A stretch of 64,000 bases of DNA from sequence record LC739534.1; one strand, written 5' to 3'. The notes under the pieces were generated by a model. It was not told where the DNA came from. It saw only the letters and a program-made list of their open reading frames with translations, and did no database searches. The stretch is from Escherichia phage phiWec181. How positions within the stretch are numbered: position 1 is the stretch's first letter; every line of letters begins with the position of its first letter. Both the position numbers and the translations under genes were made by a program. This document shows positions 58,247-64,000 of the stretch, in pieces.

Positions 58247-59200
58247 ATGAAATACGAAGATTTTAAACAAATAGTTAAAGACGATGTGGTATTTGAGAAC
58301 TTACAGGAAGGTTGTGAAGTCTTAGGTTGGACAGAAAGAGATAGAAACTTTGCAAAAATATACGTAATACGTTGTAGTGTTTGTGCCAAAGACCCCGAAA
58401 TGTATGGAGATGGTCTTTTTACAGCTACAAAAGGGCGTTTAGTGAAAGGTCAGAAATGTTGCGCGTGCGCTGTATCCTTTAAATACAGTCAAAACCAACA
58501 CCTAATTCTGCTAAACAGGCATTTAAGTGTCGCAGGGTACAGCATAGTTTCTATTGGTGCTTGGGAGTGTTCTAAGACGAGAATAGAGTTTAGTTGTGAG
58601 AATGGACACACGAAGAACAGAACCCTGGCTCAAGCAAAGGTAGTAGAACCTTGTAAACAGTGTCTTGAAGAAGGCTGTACAAAACACAAACAAGATGAGG
58701 CAGAGGCAAAAATTATGAAGATAATAGAAGATAAATGTTTACCTTATGTATTTGTAGGGTGGGATACTTCTTACAAGAATGTAACTTCAAAATTCAACCT
58801 CATCTGTTCGGATCACGGTTTAAAAACAATAAGATACGCTTGTTTCCTAAATGGTCATTTTTGTAACGAGTGTTCTGGTAGAAATTGCCTAAGTCTTTAT
58901 TTATTAGGAGTTTATGATAGAGACTTGTTGGTAGGTTTAAAATTTGGCATCTCTCAGAGTCCAGTAAGAAGGGTTCAACAGTTAAATAAAAGGAACTTAT
59001 TTAAATGTAAAATACTACAGATTTGGACTTTTACATCACATGATCAAGCTGTACGGATGGAAACATTATTAAAGAACACATTGCGAACTGGAATATTTAC
59101 TAAAAGAGAGATGAAAGATGGTCATACAGAAACCACAGAAGTTACTAATTTAGAAACCATAATGGACCTTATGACCTCATCTCATGGATTGGTTAGTTAA
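58247..59200 (+). CDS. T5orf172-like (GIY-YIG-related) domain protein with CxxC repeats; + strand gene inside minus-strand block
   Basis: Repeated CxxC pairs, then C-terminal KFGISQS...R...KDGHTETT; own divergent promoter; SD AAAGGAGGAAAC upstream. Confidence 0.5.
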   Translation: MKYEDFKQIVKDDVVFENLQEGCEVLGWTERDRNFAKIYVIRCSVCAKDPEMYGDGLFTATKGRLVKGQKCCACAVSFKYSQNQHLILLNRHLSVAGYSIVSIGAWECSKTRIEFSCENGHTKNRTLAQAKVVEPCKQCLEEGCTKHKQDEAEAKIMKIIEDKCLPYVFVGWDTSYKNVTSKFNLICSDHGLKTIRYACFLNGHFCNECSGRNCLSLYLLGVYDRDLLVGLKFGISQSPVRRVQQLNKRNLFKCKILQIWTFTSHDQAVRMETLLKNTLRTGIFTKREMKDGHTETTEVTNLETIMDLMTSSHGLVS

Positions 59201-59495
59201 CAAAAACCTTAACATTTCCGATGTTCTTGCTGACTTCTTGTGAGAACATTGAAAGTACCTTGTCAAGCAGTTTTACTAATTCATTTGTAATTTGTTCCTC
59301 TGAACGAGAAGAAGTAAGTACCTTACTCTCACCAACGATGTGCATCACCTTGATAGGAGCATTCAGGATAACATTGTGCTTTTCATCTTCTTCGAAAGAT
59401 GCTAACCACTTCTCATTATTCCCGTGCAAAGCCACGATAACACCAAAACCGTTAATAGTTTGTGAAATGTTCTTAGTTGCTAATGTAATGTTCAT
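59193..59495 (-). CDS. hypothetical protein (100 aa)
   Basis: SD AAGAGAGGTGA upstream; 3' end overlaps 3' end of + strand gene by 8 nt. Confidence 0.5.
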   Translation of the reverse strand: MNITLATKNISQTINGFGVIVALHGNNEKWLASFEEDEKHNVILNAPIKVMHIVGESKVLTSSRSEEQITNELVKLLDKVLSMFSQEVSKNIGNVKVFVN

Positions 59496-59523
59496 TGTTC
59501 ACCTCTCTTAATAATGTAGGGCT

Positions 59524-59582
59524 ATTGTACACTAAAAATATTTCAGGTCAAGTGTTGACAAGCTTTTTGGTTCTGTTATGAT
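59524..59582. promoter_or_regulatory. back-to-back divergent sigma70-type promoters at strand-switch point
   Basis: Minus: TTGACC, 16 nt, TACAAT (59524..59551); plus: TTGACA, 16 nt, TATGAT (59555..59582); -35 boxes 4 bp apart. Confidence 0.45.
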
Positions 59583-59612
59583 TAGCTCATACTAAATGAG
59601 AGGAGAAAACAA

Positions 59613-60050
59613 ATGCAAAACATCAAACTGACTTGGACCGAAGCTAAAGAAGCAATGAAGGAAGGTAGACGTGTTAAACACGAGTATTTCTGTGGTGGGG
59701 AATGGTTTGAGATGCAATATGGTGTTATTCTGGACGAACATGGTTATAATATGACTGATTGGTATCGTGACGAAGCTTGGCAGGATGATGGTTGGTCTGT
59801 GGTTGAGAAAGAAGGTAATGAGGAAGAAGGACTGTTGTCTAATGTAGAGCGCGAAATGCGGGAAACAAAGGTGCCCGAACTGGACTACCATCACCTGGAA
59901 CTTCTTGTGGCAGCATCTTTCGCTACTGGAGATACAATGTGGCAAACTCCGGTGTCCCGTGTCGATAACCAAAATAAACCGTCTGCCCGTAATCACAAGC
60001 TTTACAAAGGTAAAGGTCATAACAAACTGAAGAAAGGAAAGAAGAAATGA
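59613..60050 (+). CDS. hypothetical protein (145 aa), Lys-rich C-terminal tail
   Basis: SD GAGAGGAGAAAAC upstream. Confidence 0.55.
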   Translation: MQNIKLTWTEAKEAMKEGRRVKHEYFCGGEWFEMQYGVILDEHGYNMTDWYRDEAWQDDGWSVVEKEGNEEEGLLSNVEREMRETKVPELDYHHLELLVAASFATGDTMWQTPVSRVDNQNKPSARNHKLYKGKGHNKLKKGKKK

Positions 60051-60193
60051 TCTACAAAAACAAGTTCACTGGTTGTCTACGTAAGTTTGTCGATAAAAAA
60101 GGTTATGTTTCGCTTGACAACGGGACTACATGGGTGCAGAATGGGACTTCAGAACAATTGATCAAGGCTCTGCCTTACTACGAGGAGGTTTAA
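60047..60193 (+). CDS. small protein (48 aa)
   Basis: ATGA overlap with upstream stop; next gene starts directly after its TAA with SD GAGGAGG inside it; not in ORF track. Confidence 0.4.
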   Translation: MIYKNKFTGCLRKFVDKKGYVSLDNGTTWVQNGTSEQLIKALPYYEEV

Positions 60194-60517
60194 ATGTCCA
60201 ACAATCTGTTTAGCGTGTCAATCGCACCGCGTGTTAATATTCGCTGTCAGTTTGTTACCTTGCCAGGCGTGACACACATTACTTTAGAGTATGATCCTCG
60301 TTCACGAGAGAACCCAATTACAGGCAAGATTGATTCAGCCTACGGCGACTTCCTAATGGATCACCAAGCGATCTTATGTTGTGTGCAACGCTTACAGGCA
60401 GGGTCTTTATACATCTTTAAGAAGTCTGTGTTCCAAGAGATTGCTCAAGCAGTTGAAAGCGGTATGGAGACTCTTAACGCTATGATTGAAGCAGCCAACA
60501 AGAAGGAGGTTTTATGA
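60194..60517 (+). CDS. hypothetical protein (107 aa)
   Basis: SD GAGGAGG upstream. Confidence 0.55.
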   Translation: MSNNLFSVSIAPRVNIRCQFVTLPGVTHITLEYDPRSRENPITGKIDSAYGDFLMDHQAILCCVQRLQAGSLYIFKKSVFQEIAQAVESGMETLNAMIEAANKKEVL

Positions 60518-60771
60518 CACTCTATCACGTAACCACTGAAGGCGATACCGAAGGTCGTACTACAAAAGACTTAGGGTATGTTGAAGCAGATTCGCCTGAA
60601 CATGCAATCAAGTATCTGCACTCTATAGGGAAGTATGCAGGGTATAAATATGACATTCAAGAAGTTGAAGTCAACCCTGTACAAGTGGCAACACCTATGG
60701 TAGAGTTGCAGTATCTTAAAGCCAAGGTTACACCTGGGCCTTTGGGCGGTTATAAGGGAGAGGTAAAATGA
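60514..60771 (+). CDS. hypothetical protein (85 aa)
   Basis: ATGA overlap with previous gene; SD AAGGAGG upstream. Confidence 0.5.
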   Translation: MTLYHVTTEGDTEGRTTKDLGYVEADSPEHAIKYLHSIGKYAGYKYDIQEVEVNPVQVATPMVELQYLKAKVTPGPLGGYKGEVK

Positions 60772-60977
60772 GCGGTTGGATTAAGGTATCTGGCACCGAA
60801 GATGTTCCTGTAGGAGAGTGGCTTGTCATCATGGCAGACGGCAAGAAGGGCTTCTGTGAGGTGCACAAAGCCGCAAAAGGGACAATAGCAGTCATTAACC
60901 GTTTATTTTACTTTGACTGTGAACCTGTAATAGCGTATCATGCATTACCAACTTATGAAGAGGAGACTAACAAATGA
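60768..60977 (+). CDS. hypothetical protein (69 aa)
   Basis: ATGA overlap; SD GGGAGAGG upstream. Confidence 0.5.
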   Translation: MSGWIKVSGTEDVPVGEWLVIMADGKKGFCEVHKAAKGTIAVINRLFYFDCEPVIAYHALPTYEEETNK

Positions 60978-61270
60978 GCCTTACCACTATGCACAAAACA
61001 CTGCTCAAACTATTTAACAATCAACGTAATCTTTTGATCGAAGATTTCCGTAGCTTTAAACGTAACAAGGTCAATCGTGCCTACATGCCTCATTCAGCCT
61101 TTGATGCCACGTTAAAAGAGTTTCGTAACCGTATCTCTGAAATGGATGCTTACATCCGTGGCACAAAGCTTGCACGCACAGTAACTATCCAAACAGGATT
61201 GTTGCACTTTTATGATGGAACTACCGGATCGATCTACAATCCAGACAGCATAGAGAATTATTTAAAATAG
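60974..61270 (+). CDS. hypothetical protein (98 aa)
   Basis: ATGA overlap; SD GAGGAGA upstream. Confidence 0.5.
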   Translation: MSLTTMHKTLLKLFNNQRNLLIEDFRSFKRNKVNRAYMPHSAFDATLKEFRNRISEMDAYIRGTKLARTVTIQTGLLHFYDGTTGSIYNPDSIENYLK

Positions 61271-61273
61271 TTG

Positions 61274-61303
61274 TTGACTTTGATATACGAAGTATGCTAC
61301 CCT
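61274..61303 (+). promoter_or_regulatory. promoter-like element, extended -10 type (TTGACT N18 TGcTACCCT), copy 2
   Basis: Shares TTGACTTT and ATGCTACCCTA with element at 20557..20585. Confidence 0.4.
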
Positions 61304-61470
61304 ACCCACGAAGTGCCGAGCGGGAGCGAGGTATAAGTGTTACCCTCCCGTTAGGGTAGAGGGTAGTAATTATAGTTTCTATCGTTAGATTGTTCGAAGA
61401 ACAGAAACTTAGATCTTGTTCTTATCGTTAGATGATCGTAAGATCAAGAACATAATATAGAGGAGATAAA
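61304..61470 (+). promoter_or_regulatory. structured 5' leader with inverted and direct repeats
   Basis: CGAGCGGGAGCGAGG block and TTACCCTC...GAGGGTAG hairpin homologous to 20600..20665; GTTC-gaa-GAAC palindrome; two CGTTAGAT repeats. Confidence 0.35.
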
Positions 61471-61472
61471 GA

Positions 61473-62009
61473 ATGAAATTGTTAGACTATGCGATGGTTA
61501 TGGATCTTAGTGTGCTTCGTGACGATGCTCAATACATGACACAGAACCAGGATGGCACCTTAAACCTGTATTCTGCCTATCCACGTAATCATGGTCCAGT
61601 TACAACTTACGGTTGGGGTGATAGCAACTTCCTGGATTACTACCCAGCACCACGTAGCCTGGAAACTGCTGAAGATTGGTTCCACTCTATTATCAACTTG
61701 CAAGCAATCCGTGACTACCAAGAGAGTGGGTCAGATAGCAACCTGGCAAATACATTGGGAACGTTGAATACCATCTCTTACAAAGAGAAGCCGCCTAAGC
61801 TTTACTTCCTGCGGGATATTCCAGAAGGCACTTTCTTTGTCTATGGCGGTGCTGACGCTTCTGGTGAGCCTCCTATCTGGCAGAAAGTAGATGGCGGTTT
61901 AGCAGTTATGTTTGATACAGGGATCACTTCTCCGCAAGATACTTTCTCTCAAGATCGTGTGTGGAAAATCTTGAAAGCGCATCTGACTGTTAGCCCAATC
62001 CGAGAATAA
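61473..62009 (+). CDS. hypothetical protein (178 aa)
   Basis: SD AGAGGAGATAAAG upstream. Confidence 0.55.
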   Translation: MKLLDYAMVMDLSVLRDDAQYMTQNQDGTLNLYSAYPRNHGPVTTYGWGDSNFLDYYPAPRSLETAEDWFHSIINLQAIRDYQESGSDSNLANTLGTLNTISYKEKPPKLYFLRDIPEGTFFVYGGADASGEPPIWQKVDGGLAVMFDTGITSPQDTFSQDRVWKILKAHLTVSPIRE

Positions 62010-62087
62010 TCTTAATCTGCAAATAAGTCTTGATCACAAGGTTGTATTCTGATAGAATGCAATCTCACTAAACAAAAGGAGATTTAA

Positions 62088-62285
62088 ATGGCTACGAAGA
62101 AACAAAAAATGAAATGTCTGTCACTAACTCAACTGGGACACAGTGCAGGTTGTGTGACGATCGGTAAAACCTACTCCACCACTTTGAATAAAGAGAACAA
62201 CAGCTTTACATTCAAAGATGACAATGGTAACATGCAGGTGGGGATTTACCCTGAGTGTGCATTCGGTACTTGGGAAAAAGTTTAA
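62088..62285 (+). CDS. hypothetical protein (65 aa)
   Basis: SD AAAAGGAGA upstream. Confidence 0.5.
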   Translation: MATKKQKMKCLSLTQLGHSAGCVTIGKTYSTTLNKENNSFTFKDDNGNMQVGIYPECAFGTWEKV

Positions 62286-62304
62286 TTAACTGATCGGAGG
62301 GAGT

Positions 62305-62478
62305 ATGCAAGACAAGAAAAACAATGTTCGTTATGCTTTGTACGGACGTATGGGCGTAGACTGCGAATGGAGACTTCTGTTACAGCGTATTCCCTCTTAT
62401 CAAGAAGCTATGACGAAGCGAGAACATTATAAGAAGACGTGGAGACACGTTGTTTGCAAACATTACGAGGAGGCATAA
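62305..62478 (+). CDS. small basic protein (57 aa)
   Basis: MQDKKNNVRYALYGRMGVDCEWRLL...; SD GGAGGGAG upstream; TAATG overlap with next gene; not in ORF track. Confidence 0.4.
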   Translation: MQDKKNNVRYALYGRMGVDCEWRLLLQRIPSYQEAMTKREHYKKTWRHVVCKHYEEA

Positions 62479-62786
62479 TGAGCACATTATCAACAGCAGT
62501 CAAGTTCCACCAGGATTATGAAGAAGCTGTCAAAGATGCTGACAATCCTTCCTCGTTAGTGTTTGAGGATCGTACAGGTTTGAAGTGGGTTAAATCTTTC
62601 GATGAGATCTATTTCTGGTATCCGCAGGGAGCCACAAGCAATAGTTCTCTGTATAGCTACGAACTGGAATACCGTGGCCCTGTAGATGAAGATGAAAACT
62701 TTATCATGTATTTCGTAAATAATGGTTGCGGTGAAACGTTTAATGTTGTATTCTCTAAAGCAGATGAGTCTGACGAGGAGGTGTAA
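62478..62786 (+). CDS. hypothetical protein (102 aa), paralog family F
   Basis: SD GAGGAGG upstream of ATG 62478; ...DENFIMYFVNNGCGETFNVVF resembles next gene. Confidence 0.5.
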   Translation: MSTLSTAVKFHQDYEEAVKDADNPSSLVFEDRTGLKWVKSFDEIYFWYPQGATSNSSLYSYELEYRGPVDEDENFIMYFVNNGCGETFNVVFSKADESDEEV

Positions 62787-63091
62787 TGCAGTACAATACG
62801 ACTTTAAGTTTGGCAGTTGCAGCCCACATGCTGTACAATGATTCTGTGAAGGATGAGTTGTCGCCTGTGAGTTTAGCTTTCTATCTGATAGAAAGGGATT
62901 GGATGTTCTCTGGTGAGGACGAAATCTACTACGTAAATTCGCGCGGTTTTATTGAAAGTTTTGAACTTGAACATCGCGCACCAACAGCAGAAGATGATCG
63001 TTTTATTATGTTCTGTGTAAGTGATGGTTACGGAGAGGTATATGATGTAGTATTCTTCAAAAACCGACAGAAGATTGAAGAGGAATTCTAA
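62786..63091 (+). CDS. hypothetical protein (101 aa), paralog family F
   Basis: ...DDRFIMFCVSDGYGEVYDVVFF parallel to previous gene; SD GACGAGGAGG upstream. Confidence 0.5.
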   Translation: MQYNTTLSLAVAAHMLYNDSVKDELSPVSLAFYLIERDWMFSGEDEIYYVNSRGFIESFELEHRAPTAEDDRFIMFCVSDGYGEVYDVVFFKNRQKIEEEF

Positions 63092-63454
63092 ATGAAAAAG
63101 CTACTTTGTGTCCTGATGTTGATGATTGCCACCAATGCTACAGCCGCCCGTGACGGTTTCAAGATTGGGGTGGAAGGTAGCCAATTCTTCACTTGGTACG
63201 GTGGTGAAGCTGTCTACCAGGTGGATGATAAAAAGTATAACTGTAAGTTTGATCGTATAGATCGTGGAGTAGATAATTGGGGCGACGCTTATAAAGCAAC
63301 AGGTTTTTATTGCACCAAAGAAATCTACATTACGGTCAAAGAACCACAAGACAACAGAAAGGTGTTGTTTATTGTGATAAACCCTGCTAAATTTGAAGAA
63401 CGTAAAGCTTACTATGCAGATATGTTCATTGAATACAAAAAGGAGGAAAAATGA
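63092..63454 (+). CDS. secreted protein (120 aa) with signal peptide
   Basis: MKKLLCVLMLMIATNATAA signal-like N-terminus; SD GAGGAA upstream. Confidence 0.5.
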   Translation: MKKLLCVLMLMIATNATAARDGFKIGVEGSQFFTWYGGEAVYQVDDKKYNCKFDRIDRGVDNWGDAYKATGFYCTKEIYITVKEPQDNRKVLFIVINPAKFEERKAYYADMFIEYKKEEK

Positions 63455-63813
63455 GAGAAACAATCGTAGATGTTGTTATTAATGGACAACGTTATGTACC
63501 TGTTATAGAGAAAGCTGAACCAGACGCTTTAGATGTTGTCTTTGAAGATGATGATCTTGGCACTGTTACTGTACGTGAATATTTCAGACGACTACTCTCT
63601 ACACTTTGGGAAGAAGAAGACAGTTTTAGTGGAAAACGACCTTTTGGTAACTCTTGCTGGCAGTTCGATTTGATTATCGGTTTGATCGATGCTGGCTACC
63701 TGGAGGGTAAAGTTTATCGTGACGAAGATGGAGGTATAGAAGATACCGACTATGATCGTGAAGAAGCAGATAAACTCATTCAAGGTCTAATTTCACGTAT
63801 GTGTTTGGGGTAA
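63451..63813 (+). CDS. hypothetical acidic protein (120 aa)
   Basis: SD AAAAAGGAGGAAAA upstream; ATGA overlap. Confidence 0.55.
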   Translation: MRETIVDVVINGQRYVPVIEKAEPDALDVVFEDDDLGTVTVREYFRRLLSTLWEEEDSFSGKRPFGNSCWQFDLIIGLIDAGYLEGKVYRDEDGGIEDTDYDREEADKLIQGLISRMCLG

Positions 63814-63814
63814 T

Positions 63815-64000
63815 ATGAAAGTCTTGAACTTCTACCATTTAGGTAAAGTTGTTCCCGACACTGCAATATACATTGGACGCGCGATGCCCCACTTCGGGTT
63901 GAAAGCGTCAAAGTTTGCCAACCCGTTCAAACTGAAAGAGGATGAACCAAGAGGTGCTACCATTCAAAGATACAAAGAGTGGTTGTGGGATCAGATCCGT
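63815..64000 (+). CDS. hypothetical protein, 3'-truncated at window edge
   Basis: ORF MKVLNFYHLGKVVPDTAIYIGRAMPHFGLKASKFANPFKL... continues past window end; weak SD. Confidence 0.4.
   Translation, partial: MKVLNFYHLGKVVPDTAIYIGRAMPHFGLKASKFANPFKLKEDEPRGATIQRYKEWLWDQIR

Noticed and set aside
59592-60020. 142-aa minus-strand ORF
   Set aside because: Antisense to + strand CDS 59613..60050, which has a strong SD and promoter; lies right of the divergent-promoter switch point.

Overview
This window reads as a ~64-kb segment of a large virulent dsDNA phage genome; the host is probably Gram-negative, given sigma70-type TTGACA/TAnnnT promoters and Shine-Dalgarno sites. All calls are by-eye motif recognition and hand translation; no database search, HMM or folding program was run, and coordinates of features absent from the ORF track are hand-derived. 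Layout: (1) a + strand module (1-16.8 kb) with a dTDP-rhamnose operon (rfbB partial, rfbA, rfbC, rfbD), glutaredoxin-like protein, T4-type lysozyme, PhoH, HslV-like peptidase, two methyltransferase-like genes, a Ser/Thr phosphatase and a SIR2-like protein; (2) a convergent bidirectional terminator at ~16.8 kb; (3) ~42 kb of densely packed, mostly small minus-strand genes (16.9-59.5 kb) with frequent ATGA/TAATG start-stop overlaps; (4) divergent promoters at ~59.5 kb and a + strand module to the window end. The most unusual content is in block 3: a nine-member paralogous family (21.3-37.1 kb) with an embedded serine recombinase; a 1.4-kb palindrome/iteron-rich non-coding region (37.2-38.6 kb); a ~12-kb array (39.9-51.0 kb) of at least 22 promoter + 5'-proximal GC stem-loop cassettes (PeSL-like) whose stems vary by compensatory changes; Fur-box-like palindromes at both flanks of that array; and a NADAR / T5orf172 / AAA+ cluster. 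No rRNA, tRNA or CRISPR array was recognised.
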